Source: a virus
IMG/VR virus record: IMGVR_UViG_3300023179_000038
Coordinates: 1 to 64,000 of that record
DNA length: 64,000 bases
Strand: one strand, 5' to 3'
In this document: piece after piece, positions 54,407-64,000 of the stretch
How positions within the stretch are numbered: position 1 is the stretch's first letter
Layout: each line of letters opens with the position of its first letter
Position numbers and translations under genes: made by a program
Notes under the pieces: generated by a model
What the model saw: the letters and a program-made list of their open reading frames with translations, nothing else
The model's database searches: none
Told to the model about the DNA's origin: nothing

Positions 54407-57400
54407 TTACACTACCTCACTTAAATATACTCTTGTTTCTGGTCCATTTGTATTTCTAATATATTCAATATTATACACTACAAATCTTGAGTCTTTAGCA
54501 GATATCTCGTTAGTTTCACTTGAATCTTTATAGTCTATCTCAACTATATCTCCTAATTGTAAGTGTGGCGTTCCAAAAGTTTGAACCCCAACAGACTTTC
54601 TTGGTTTCATAATTTTTGAAATTACCCAAGACATTACTTCCTGTGCATCATCTTGTGTTTGAATATATGGAGCATCTATATAAAAATCTTTTTTACCATA
54701 AGTCATTCTGCTTGCCTTTATGTCGTCATATTGCTTATTAAATATTAATGGTGATTTTATTAATAAATTATTATTAAACTTTGGATTAGAAAAATCGCTA
54801 TTTTGAGAAAAATATTCATCTACGCTATAATTATGTTCTGATTCTTGAGTAAATGTTACTCCCTGTATTCTTAAATAATTTCCACTTGTTGAATCAAGAT
54901 TAAGAGATGTATCAGTTGAATTAAAAATTAAAAATTCTGCACCATAAGATCCAGCCCTAAATCCAGAAATTGCATATCCTTTTAATTTGTTAAATGTTGG
55001 AGATATTATTGCATATAGCGCTGGATATGCTTTATCATATCTAATATTAAAATATGCTGCTTCTCTCATAATAGTTCCAAATTCCTCAAAATAAATATTG
55101 TATTTTGGAGTATTGTTTGGATCTATTCCAGATAAATATGTGGACTGCACAATACCACTCATAGAATATTTTCTAAAAGATTCATTTGCATCAATCTCAG
55201 AATCATTGATTGCAGTCATTACTGGAGTATCTAGCGCAAAAACTGTATTTTGACTATAATTGTTTGTTAAAGCATAAATATTTTCAAACATACATCTTGC
55301 AGATCCACGAACAAAAAGAGCCATATTGTTGTAAATTGGTAGTGGATCTTTATCATCAACTATAGCAATGATCTTATTGTTAATATATAAATAAAATCTT
55401 CTAATTGTTCCAATATTTTGATATTCTACTGCCAAGTCATATACTGTTGGATTTTCTTCTCCAACCATCCTATACTGACCAGTAAAATTACCATCATCCA
55501 CAATAATGTTTGATAATCCACCCCACAACTTTATTGGAATTGCATCTCCTTGTTTAATGGTAGTTCCCGATACATCAGAAGCACTTCTCTTTATTTTATA
55601 AAAAATAACGTTATGTAAATTTTCTGCAGAAGTATTATAGTTATTAATGTTATTTTCTGTTAATGCTAAAATTTCAAAATAATATCCTACGTTTGTTGAT
55701 GGATTTATCATGACGGCCATTCCTCCAGAACCACCGCTAATATTAATATTTTGATCTGGAGTATTTCCAGTAACAACGAAATATGTTGTAGAACCAATAG
55801 GAGTTTGACCTCTATTTTCGTTGTTTTCAATTTTTCCAACAATTCTCATTCTGGTACCAAAGTGTTTAAATCTATCATCTAATGGCTTATTGACATATGA
55901 AATAAAATCAATTCCATTTTGAGTTGTAGTAAATGATGGTCCACTAATAACTAATGCAGATGATTGAATAGTTCCAGACTGTGTAGATAGTATAGAATTA
56001 GATGTAACTTCGTCCTTATATGAAAGTGTTAAAAAGTTTTTAATTGTTCCAGACCTTATTGACTGCTTTGCCAATTCATTGCTTACTCCCGCTGCTAAGT
56101 TATCAACTGGCATACTTAAAGATTGAGACTGTAAATCTTCTGTTGAAGATAGTGAAAATAATAAATCAGATTTCATGCTGCAGCCACGAACATTTAAATT
56201 ATTAGACCAATATTGATTTATACCTGCATTATGAAAAGTAATACTTGTTCCAAATTGTGCACGACCATGTTTTTCAACATCGCCATTTTTTAATCTTGTT
56301 ATTTCATTGATATTTTCATAAAAAGGTTTAGCATAGATTCTTATAAGACCCGTTGGATATATTTTCCCATTATGTCGTAACTTAGAAAAATAATTTTGAT
56401 AATCTTGTGTGCTTGTTATCCATACATTGCCATAATCAGTAATGCTGTACTCAACAGCATCATATTTAATTACTTCTCCATTAGCATAAAAATATCCGTT
56501 ATACCTTGTAATCCAGTAAACACCTTCTCCTAAATCCATAGTATTATTTATTATTTTATGGTTTGACACAGATGGAACTAAATTGTTAAGATCAGAATTT
56601 AGGGGTATTGCACTTAAAATATAATCTGATTGCCTGCCACTACTATCATTTATGGATTTTGTATTTTCTGTACCTTCAACTTCCCAAAGTAATGATGGCT
56701 TATATATCCAAGTTTTTTCTTTATCAATTAAACTTGCCTGTCTTATTGAGCCATAAGTTTTTTGAATATACTTTGTTTTATATTTAATTAATCCATCATT
56801 AAAAACTTCTGTATTTTGTGAAGCAATACCAACAATATTTGAAATATTACTTGAAATAGTTTTATTTTTAACAACACCGTCTTTTTCAATATCTTTTGAT
56901 CCATAAAAAACAATATCTGTATTTCTTTGATCTGTTGTTGGCATTATATAGTTTTTGCTCATACACACAAAATTATTGTATTCATCAAAAAACATAGCAG
57001 TTTGAGTTGATCTTGCTAAATCATTTAATATTTCTGCAACTGTTTTATCGGGTGGAATAAAGAAAAATGGAATAATACTTTCTTTTTCAAAATTTATTCT
57101 TTTAAAAATATAATTAGAAAAACCTATTGAATCTAATAACATAGATATTGCACTACTAACAGAAACGTTTGTTAATAAAATTTGTGGTGCAATTAATGAC
57201 TCTAAGTAAAAAAACATATCTCGTAATTGAATAGATACTGTTCGTGATCTATTATCTGTTGCTGGAAACCCTTCAGTATACATAGTTTTGATAGGGATAA
57301 AATAACTAGATTGTTCCTCATCTGTAATGATTTCATAAAACTTTATTTGAATATTTTTTGTAATAAAATCTTTTATTATGCTATTTAAGTTATTTGTATT

Positions 57401-58762
57401 AAATGCTTGATCATAATCAAACAACGTAAGTGATCCAGTAGATGCTAAAAGTTGACCGACTGGCAAACCAGATATACCAATATCCGATCCAATCTTATTT
57501 AAAGCAAAATTAATTGTTTTTTCTGATAGATCTACACATAGTCTTGGAGATAGTTCAATTAAATCAAAAGTTGAATTTATCTTAGTCATAGTATCAACGA
57601 CAATACGTAATCCATAAATATAAGAAAATTCACGATATTTTGTTAAACCATCTTGTGTATTAACATAGGATATTGGAGATGTTGTGTCTGTTACAAAATT
57701 AGTTAGCCTATCTATGGTTTCTTCTTGTAAATACCACCCATATGTTGGTGTAAATTTTTCATACAAACTTCCAGTCCATATATGATACTCTCCCAAAGAA
57801 GTTTCTGAATTTTTTATTAAATAAGCATATCCGTTAATACTTTTTTCAGGCAGTAGGGTCTCTGAAGAAAATTCATCTGCTTTTATAAAAATGTTTTTAT
57901 ATTTTTCTGGAATTATAAGACCATAAGCAAGTTCAACATAGCCGTCAGATTTTATAATTGGAGTTCCATCATTTCTAACTGAAGAGTTGTTAAAATTAAT
58001 TATATCAACCCAATTATTGTTGCTATCCAAATATTGGATTTTCCATTTTTTAGGAGTACTTTTATTTTCATTTTGATAAAATGGATCAGAAAATGTTTTA
58101 CCCAAACTTGTGAAAGTTCCTAAATTTGTATCTCCAATATGTGTTTGCATTTTTACTATTATTCTATTTGCTGGAACTTTTTCTTTATAAACAACAAATG
58201 GTGAAGCATCAGAAATATACGAATTTCCATTTAAATTAAAATTTGAAATACCATACTCTAATCCATCTTCTGTTCGATAAGATGTCCAATATTTAAATAA
58301 ATCATTTTTATCAGACATATAATATCTAGGTCGATTAAACATGCTCGGATTTGAATGATGAAAATATTTTCCTGAAATAAAAGTTGCCTTATTAATTCCA
58401 GATCTTGGTCTAAACCTATTAAAACAATCCTCTAAAGAATATAACAACTTTTGTTTTTCTTTTTTAGATATTAAAAACATAGGAGTTGAATTATCTTCTG
58501 GACTTATACCGCCATCTATTTTAACGTCAGCATCTGTTGCATTAGTATAAAAATTTCCAATATCATTAATATCAAATGTTAAAGATGGTAGTCTATATTT
58601 TGAATCAGGGTCTGAGTCTATTGCTAATGGCCTATATCTATAATTTCCAACCTTTAATATGTTATTTGGAATGTTCATATTCCACTCTGCAATAACTGCA
58701 GATTGAGTCCTAATAACTTCAGAGTTATCTAAATATTCTTTTAATTTTTCGTCTTGAAACAA
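54407..58762 (-). CDS. Large minor tail / tail-tip protein
   Basis: 1451 aa, downstream of the tape measure, C-terminal P.LQLGDIV motif. Confidence 0.7.
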   Translation of the reverse strand: MFQDEKLKEYLDNSEVIRTQSAVIAEWNMNIPNNILKVGNYRYRPLAIDSDPDSKYRLPSLTFDINDIGNFYTNATDADVKIDGGISPEDNSTPMFLISKKEKQKLLYSLEDCFNRFRPRSGINKATFISGKYFHHSNPSMFNRPRYYMSDKNDLFKYWTSYRTEDGLEYGISNFNLNGNSYISDASPFVVYKEKVPANRIIVKMQTHIGDTNLGTFTSLGKTFSDPFYQNENKSTPKKWKIQYLDSNNNWVDIINFNNSSVRNDGTPIIKSDGYVELAYGLIIPEKYKNIFIKADEFSSETLLPEKSINGYAYLIKNSETSLGEYHIWTGSLYEKFTPTYGWYLQEETIDRLTNFVTDTTSPISYVNTQDGLTKYREFSYIYGLRIVVDTMTKINSTFDLIELSPRLCVDLSEKTINFALNKIGSDIGISGLPVGQLLASTGSLTLFDYDQAFNTNNLNSIIKDFITKNIQIKFYEIITDEEQSSYFIPIKTMYTEGFPATDNRSRTVSIQLRDMFFYLESLIAPQILLTNVSVSSAISMLLDSIGFSNYIFKRINFEKESIIPFFFIPPDKTVAEILNDLARSTQTAMFFDEYNNFVCMSKNYIMPTTDQRNTDIVFYGSKDIEKDGVVKNKTISSNISNIVGIASQNTEVFNDGLIKYKTKYIQKTYGSIRQASLIDKEKTWIYKPSLLWEVEGTENTKSINDSSGRQSDYILSAIPLNSDLNNLVPSVSNHKIINNTMDLGEGVYWITRYNGYFYANGEVIKYDAVEYSITDYGNVWITSTQDYQNYFSKLRHNGKIYPTGLIRIYAKPFYENINEITRLKNGDVEKHGRAQFGTSITFHNAGINQYWSNNLNVRGCSMKSDLLFSLSSTEDLQSQSLSMPVDNLAAGVSNELAKQSIRSGTIKNFLTLSYKDEVTSNSILSTQSGTIQSSALVISGPSFTTTQNGIDFISYVNKPLDDRFKHFGTRMRIVGKIENNENRGQTPIGSTTYFVVTGNTPDQNINISGGSGGMAVMINPSTNVGYYFEILALTENNINNYNTSAENLHNVIFYKIKRSASDVSGTTIKQGDAIPIKLWGGLSNIIVDDGNFTGQYRMVGEENPTVYDLAVEYQNIGTIRRFYLYINNKIIAIVDDKDPLPIYNNMALFVRGSARCMFENIYALTNNYSQNTVFALDTPVMTAINDSEIDANESFRKYSMSGIVQSTYLSGIDPNNTPKYNIYFEEFGTIMREAAYFNIRYDKAYPALYAIISPTFNKLKGYAISGFRAGSYGAEFLIFNSTDTSLNLDSTSGNYLRIQGVTFTQESEHNYSVDEYFSQNSDFSNPKFNNNLLIKSPLIFNKQYDDIKASRMTYGKKDFYIDAPYIQTQDDAQEVMSWVISKIMKPRKSVGVQTFGTPHLQLGDIVEIDYKDSSETNEISAKDSRFVVYNIEYIRNTNGPETRVYLSEVV

Positions 58763-58763
58763 A

Positions 58764-59420
58764 TTAAACCTCTTCCAAGGTTAATGATATGTTCCAAAAA
58801 TCATGATTATTTCCGCCACGTTTTACTACCGTATATTGAAAATTTGTAAAAAACATTTCTATTAATTCATTATATTTTGATAAATGAGTAAAGGCATCTT
58901 CATCTTTGCCAAAATTTGCATAATTATCATAAGATAAATAAACCCAAAATGAACCAGTGTTGTTTTGATACCAATCTAAAAGTTCTACTCCACCAGCACC
59001 GCCGTCAGTTGTATATTGTTCATCTGGTGAGTTAGGTCTTCCATATCCAGAAACTGACGGTATGCCAGTTGTAGAGTTAAAGTCTGGCAAAGTATAAAAA
59101 GATCTAGAAGGCAGCATGTTCCAAGATACTTCAATAGTATTTTTATCAGCAATATGATATGATCTCATACGACCATTTACCATTCTTTCTCTTTTTTCTA
59201 TTCTCATTGGACGAAAATCTATAGGTGATCTATTATCGTCTGAGAGTATTAAAAATTGATCAAAAAGATTTTCATTAGTTTCTGACCCAGTATCTGAGCC
59301 AATCTCAAGCCCAACTGGAAGATAGTATCCATCAGACAAAGTTCCAGCATTTTTGGACCAAAGCATTGCTTGTGGTCTTTGATATTTTTTTCTTCCCGAT
59401 AAATATTCACTTGATGCCAT
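58764..59420 (-). CDS. Putative distal tail protein
   Basis: Directly after the tape measure; RMVNG.MR...W..SL.LEEV. Confidence 0.6.
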   Translation of the reverse strand: MASSEYLSGRKKYQRPQAMLWSKNAGTLSDGYYLPVGLEIGSDTGSETNENLFDQFLILSDDNRSPIDFRPMRIEKRERMVNGRMRSYHIADKNTIEVSWNMLPSRSFYTLPDFNSTTGIPSVSGYGRPNSPDEQYTTDGGAGGVELLDWYQNNTGSFWVYLSYDNYANFGKDEDAFTHLSKYNELIEMFFTNFQYTVVKRGGNNHDFWNISLTLEEV

Positions 59421-62400
59421 TAAATTCTACCACTCCTTATTCTTAAAGAATCTATCTGCCTTATCTTAGACATTACAGTGTTTGCAATTTGTTCTGGATT
59501 TGCATCAGACCTTACATTAACACTTAAATTATAATTATAAACTGAGTTTCCGTCATATGTTCCGTTATTGATAGCCTTCATTTTGTCTACACCAAAAGAA
59601 TCTACAGCATATCTACTCATCACAAATTCTCCTGGTGTTAACATTGCTGGTACTGTATCTGTTCCACGAGCAAATCCACCAGAAACAAAATACTTAGGAA
59701 CTATACCTCCATTTGCTCTTCCAAACCACCCACTAAATGTATTTGTGAGAGCATTTTTTACTGTTGAAACTGGATTAGTAACTATATTTTTAACTGCCGT
59801 CGCAACATTAGATATTCCTGTTGATACAGACTTTGCCACATTTGATACACCAGAAGCCACTGACTTAACTGCATTAGATATAGGAGTAGTAACAGTAGAA
59901 ACAACTTTAGATATTGGATTATTAACACCAAGATTCATTCCAATACTTGAAGGGCTTGTTGTAGGAACTATTTTTGTTGATGCACTTGTTACTCCCGATA
60001 ATGGATTATATTTATCTGGACCAGTAAATGTTGGAACTGATGGAACGTTAGTCTGGGTATTTGACATTTGTTGTGTTTGAGGTCCTGAACCTACTTCTGT
60101 TGTTTTAGTTGGAGCATTTCCTGTATTTGTAGTGGTTGACACTACTGGAGGAGTTTCGTCATCTTTTAAAGTTACAATTTTATGATAAGTTACATATGTT
60201 TTATTGTTAAGATCATTCCAATAATTTTTAATACTTTCTACAATTCCTAATGCAGCAAACATTGAATTTTTATATTCATTACTACTTGTTTTTGCTGTAT
60301 CAATTCCATTTTTAATAGATTCCCATTCAGATCTTGATTTATCAAGAACCCTTAAACTATTAATTAGTTCATTTTTTTGAATCTCTGCAAGCCTTATAGA
60401 TTCTCGTGCTGGCTCTAATATTTTTTCTTCTAAAATTAAAATTTGATCTTGAAGGTTTTTTATTTTTTCTTCAATTTGAATTCTTGTATACCCCTGATCA
60501 TTTCTAATTTTTGCAATACTATTTTCTTTTGATTGCTCAAGTGCAGATCTTTGTTGATCTATTGCATTTTGGGCTGATTGAGATCTTGATTCTTGTACCG
60601 CTTTTGCAGCAGCAGCAATATCTCCTTGTGATAAAGCATCAGCAATTGTTAATTGAGATTTTTGTTGTTGAATTATTCTATTGTTTACTTTTTGAATTTG
60701 ATCCAATGCTTTAAATTTGTCTTCATAGGAATCGTTTATTGCTTTTTCCTGATTTTCAATATCTTTAAGTCCATACTCCCAATCATCAATTTGATATTGA
60801 ATTAATGCAATATTATTTTCAGTTTTTTGTATTAAATCTTTATTGTTTCTGGTATCTATGTCAAATTTTAATTCTATAGATTTTTCCTTAGCATCAAAGG
60901 CTTCCATGGCTTTACCAAAACCTTCATCAAATAAACCTTGCATAAAGTCTATTGTCTTTATTTGTTGTGCAAGCCTTATTGCAAACTGACTACCGCCCTG
61001 TTCTCCCGCTTCATACAGTGCTTTTAATATTGGATCTGAAATTATTGCTCTGGCTTCTTTAAATCCAAAACTATTTTTTATTGACTGCGTAATAATTTCA
61101 TCTTGATTGGCTTCTTCTATTGCTTTATTTGCATCTTCAATAGCCGTGCTTCTTTTTTCTTGTTTAATAAAATCATTATATAGCACTATCATTTTTTGAA
61201 GTTCTGCTTTATTTTTACTAGTAGCAATCATTGCCCTAAATGATTTATCGGCAATTAATTCGTATGCTTTACCAACTGGAACACCCAATTGAGTTAATTT
61301 TGCATATGCCTTATTTTGATCAACTAATTCTTGTTTTTGTTGTTGTATTGCAGATTGAAAATCTCCAGCAACAACGGAATTTAATGCTTCTTGTATATTA
61401 GTGGCATCCCTTTTTAAAGCAATTATATTTCCTTTGTTGTCAAATTTAAATAATGAATTTTTACGCTTTTCATATTCTTTTGGATCCATTCCAACAATTA
61501 ATTCTATTAGATTTTGTCCAGCACCAATCGATCTTAAATCTTGCTCAATTCCACTGAATGCTGTTATTGTTTTATTACCACCAAATAACTTATCTAGCGC
61601 TTTACGTGAAGATGCCCATCCTTCTGTAACCTTAATTTGATTTAATCTAACATCTTTTAATTTTTTAATAATATCGTCTAACGGAGAAGAACTTACTTTA
61701 GATCCTTCTACAGGAGGTATATTAGATTTTTTATCTGTAGTTACATCCTTAGAAGCAACAGTTACTTTGTATGCTGACTCAGCATAGTAATCTCCTTCGG
61801 TTTTTCCAGGATTTGCTTTAAGCCAATTCTGAATTGCTTCCTTGTTGTTACCCTCCATATTGACCATTGTTGTTAATGTTTGCAGGTACACCTTTTGTTG
61901 CTCTGGAGGTAATGAGTTAAAATATTCTTGATTTGCACGAAGAACCTCTATTTCTTTTGCACCAAGAATTTTTGTTGCAATTTCTAAATCAATCTTACCT
62001 TTTTGAGCGCTAATATAATCTATGGTTTTTTGTAGTTGCGCTGCTGCGATTGGATTATTGCTATAAAAACTTAAGGCAACCCCTACATCAACTACTTGAC
62101 CAGACTTGCTTATCTCAGAAAATAATTTTAGATATTTTTCTGCATCAGCAGCAGTTTTTGTACTAATATCGGCAAGGAATTTAGTTTGTTGCTGCTTTAA
62201 TGGTTTTCCATTTTTATCAACAAACAAACTTGATATAGCAATAGCCTGGTTTGCAAATGCACCACCAAATTTAGTTACAATACTCATAACTTTTTCTAAA
62301 GATTTTTTATCATTACTAAATGTTTCCATTAAGTTAATAATTTGCATTGGGTCCATCTGTCCAGAAGCAACTTGCATTTTTAATGTATATTGAAGTTCTT

Positions 62401-64000
62401 TGGACATACCACTATCATTAATTAAATCTTTAGCCATGGGAACAATGTCTTCCATTGCTGTACCCTTATATTTTTTTGTAATGGCTTTATCTATACCAGT
62501 TTCTAAAGCACCACGAACAGCACTAGAAGATTTTGCATAAGTATTTTGAATATCTGTAATCAATCTTCCGTTTTCAGCAATTAATGTTGCATTTGCTTTT
62601 TCATATTCACCCTGCAATCTAGTTGCTTCCGCAATATCATTTGCTGCCTTTGCATTTTCAATTCTTTTTTCGTATTCTAATCTTAAAGAATCTTGCATTT
62701 CTTGACTTTGTTCTAAAGCCATTTTTTGTATTGCAACATTAGCACCAGATGCTATTCCAAGTTTTTGTTGTTGTCCTTTTTGTGCAAAGTATAATGCTCC
62801 TGCTGAAATAGTTGCACCTATTGCTGCACCTATTGCAGTTCCAACAACTGGCACAACTGATCCTGCTGCTGCTCCTGTTGCTGCTCCACCGAGTATTCCA
62901 CCAGCAATTGCCCCACCAATACCATAACCAGCCATACCAACTTTTGTTTGTGTTTGTGTTAATGCCCCTGGTGCTGCAGCATTCAATATTCCAAATTTTT
63001 GTTGTAAATCTTTTCTTGATTCTTCTACCAATCTTAATCTAAGTTGTAATGGATCCTTCATTAAATTTTCTCCATTAACACCTACTAATTCAATTAATTT
63101 TGCATTAACCTGTATGCCAAAAGAGTAATCGCCCAATTCAGAAGAAATATTTGCTGCAATGCTTCTTGCCTGTGCTGGATTTATTGCTCCTGATGCAATT
63201 CCTGTTGCAAGTTGATTTAACAACTGGTTCTGTGCAGTTTGCCTTCCATTAGTTTTAATAGATTGAGATAGGTTTGAAAGCATTGCCTTGCCACCTTCAG
63301 ATTGAACGTAACTTTCACCAAAAGTTGTTTTTCCTGTTTGAATCTGAAATTGAGAAAGCATTTGTGATCTTCTTCTATCCATAATTTCGCCAGCACGAGC
63401 AGTTCCAGCGAACTCAGAAAGATCCTGAATAGCCTTTTCGCCACTACCCATGGCTTCAGCCATTTTCATTGCGTTGTCTTGTGCTTTATCAAATGCCATA
63501 CGTAATGCAAGTGTTGCTGCCACTACAGCAGTTAAACCAACAGCAAATGCTCCAAGTGGACTTGTGATAAGTGGCAATAGCATTGTTAATGTAATTAATG
63601 GCATCATTAATTTCTGTGCTACCTCGCCAACTTTTCCTGGTGCCATAGACGCAGCCATCATAACCCCAGATGCTGCCATCATTCCAGTTCCAGCACTCAT
63701 TCTATTTCTTCTGACTGAAACATTGTCTTCTTTATTTATACCATTAGCAACCATTCCAGTGATTGTGCTTTGTTTTAATAATCTTTTTTCTTTAATAGCA
63801 TCAAGTCTTTGCTGTTTATCTATTTGTCTACGCAATGATTTTTGCATTGGATCAATAGGACCAGTTCCATAAAGAGCAGTTCTAGATGCAACTGCTTTTT
63901 GTGACTGTGTTCTAGCCCCGTCAACTAGTGCTGTACCTAATTGTTTTCCAGTTATCTTTGCATCATCAATAAATTCTTTTGCTCCAACTACCAGACCCTT
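59420..64000 (-). CDS. Tape measure protein (5' truncated by window)
   Basis: Frame is open to 64000. Gly/Ala hydrophobic segments, coiled coils, 11-aa repeats and C-terminal GTDTVPAMLTPGEFV. Confidence 0.88.
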   Translation of the reverse strand, partial: KGLVVGAKEFIDDAKITGKQLGTALVDGARTQSQKAVASRTALYGTGPIDPMQKSLRRQIDKQQRLDAIKEKRLLKQSTITGMVANGINKEDNVSVRRNRMSAGTGMMAASGVMMAASMAPGKVGEVAQKLMMPLITLTMLLPLITSPLGAFAVGLTAVVAATLALRMAFDKAQDNAMKMAEAMGSGEKAIQDLSEFAGTARAGEIMDRRRSQMLSQFQIQTGKTTFGESYVQSEGGKAMLSNLSQSIKTNGRQTAQNQLLNQLATGIASGAINPAQARSIAANISSELGDYSFGIQVNAKLIELVGVNGENLMKDPLQLRLRLVEESRKDLQQKFGILNAAAPGALTQTQTKVGMAGYGIGGAIAGGILGGAATGAAAGSVVPVVGTAIGAAIGATISAGALYFAQKGQQQKLGIASGANVAIQKMALEQSQEMQDSLRLEYEKRIENAKAANDIAEATRLQGEYEKANATLIAENGRLITDIQNTYAKSSSAVRGALETGIDKAITKKYKGTAMEDIVPMAKDLINDSGMSKELQYTLKMQVASGQMDPMQIINLMETFSNDKKSLEKVMSIVTKFGGAFANQAIAISSLFVDKNGKPLKQQQTKFLADISTKTAADAEKYLKLFSEISKSGQVVDVGVALSFYSNNPIAAAQLQKTIDYISAQKGKIDLEIATKILGAKEIEVLRANQEYFNSLPPEQQKVYLQTLTTMVNMEGNNKEAIQNWLKANPGKTEGDYYAESAYKVTVASKDVTTDKKSNIPPVEGSKVSSSPLDDIIKKLKDVRLNQIKVTEGWASSRKALDKLFGGNKTITAFSGIEQDLRSIGAGQNLIELIVGMDPKEYEKRKNSLFKFDNKGNIIALKRDATNIQEALNSVVAGDFQSAIQQQKQELVDQNKAYAKLTQLGVPVGKAYELIADKSFRAMIATSKNKAELQKMIVLYNDFIKQEKRSTAIEDANKAIEEANQDEIITQSIKNSFGFKEARAIISDPILKALYEAGEQGGSQFAIRLAQQIKTIDFMQGLFDEGFGKAMEAFDAKEKSIELKFDIDTRNNKDLIQKTENNIALIQYQIDDWEYGLKDIENQEKAINDSYEDKFKALDQIQKVNNRIIQQQKSQLTIADALSQGDIAAAAKAVQESRSQSAQNAIDQQRSALEQSKENSIAKIRNDQGYTRIQIEEKIKNLQDQILILEEKILEPARESIRLAEIQKNELINSLRVLDKSRSEWESIKNGIDTAKTSSNEYKNSMFAALGIVESIKNYWNDLNNKTYVTYHKIVTLKDDETPPVVSTTTNTGNAPTKTTEVGSGPQTQQMSNTQTNVPSVPTFTGPDKYNPLSGVTSASTKIVPTTSPSSIGMNLGVNNPISKVVSTVTTPISNAVKSVASGVSNVAKSVSTGISNVATAVKNIVTNPVSTVKNALTNTFSGWFGRANGGIVPKYFVSGGFARGTDTVPAMLTPGEFVMSRYAVDSFGVDKMKAINNGTYDGNSVYNYNLSVNVRSDANPEQIANTVMSKIRQIDSLRIRSGRI

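Noticed and set aside
59740-59910. Repeats near the tape measure C-terminus as a special array
   Set aside because: They are ordinary 11-residue amphipathic tape measure repeats.
1-64000. Alternative genetic code, retron, DGR or integrase
   Set aside because: Core genes translate full length in the standard code, and no reverse transcriptase or recombinase motifs were recognised.

Overview
This is an AT-rich fragment of a large tailed dsDNA phage genome. The host is most likely a freshwater actinobacterium, based on a WhiB factor, an actinobacterial-type CxxC...CGHH protein, widespread leaderless promoters and a host-like surface protein. Positions 1-10951 are a + strand block containing small early genes, tRNA-Asp, a repeat-rich origin-like region and a first enzyme cassette that ends at tRNA-Glu. 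Positions 10952-64000 are on the - strand. In transcription order they hold the tape measure and tail genes, the replication and recombination module (DnaB, DnaG, SSB, DnaE, RecA, Cas4-like exonuclease, RuvC-like resolvase), terminase, secreted/surface proteins, a CHAP lysin, a second enzyme cassette around tRNA-Leu and tRNA-Asn, CysC, WhiB and Hsp20. The most striking content is a distributed set of tailoring enzymes: nine 2OG-Fe(II) oxygenase-family genes, three sulfotransferase-like genes plus APS kinase, a NodU-type carbamoyltransferase, a GT60-like glycosyltransferase, two luciferase-like monooxygenases, two SGNH-like paralogs and a flavin halogenase/AhpD pair. Most of these sit in two mirrored, tRNA-anchored cassettes that share a 71-bp inverted repeat. 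Non-coding signals include a small H-type pseudoknot present twice with compensatory base changes, a four-hairpin RNA locus and a ROSE-like thermometer on hsp20. All family calls come from motif recognition by eye; no searches were run.
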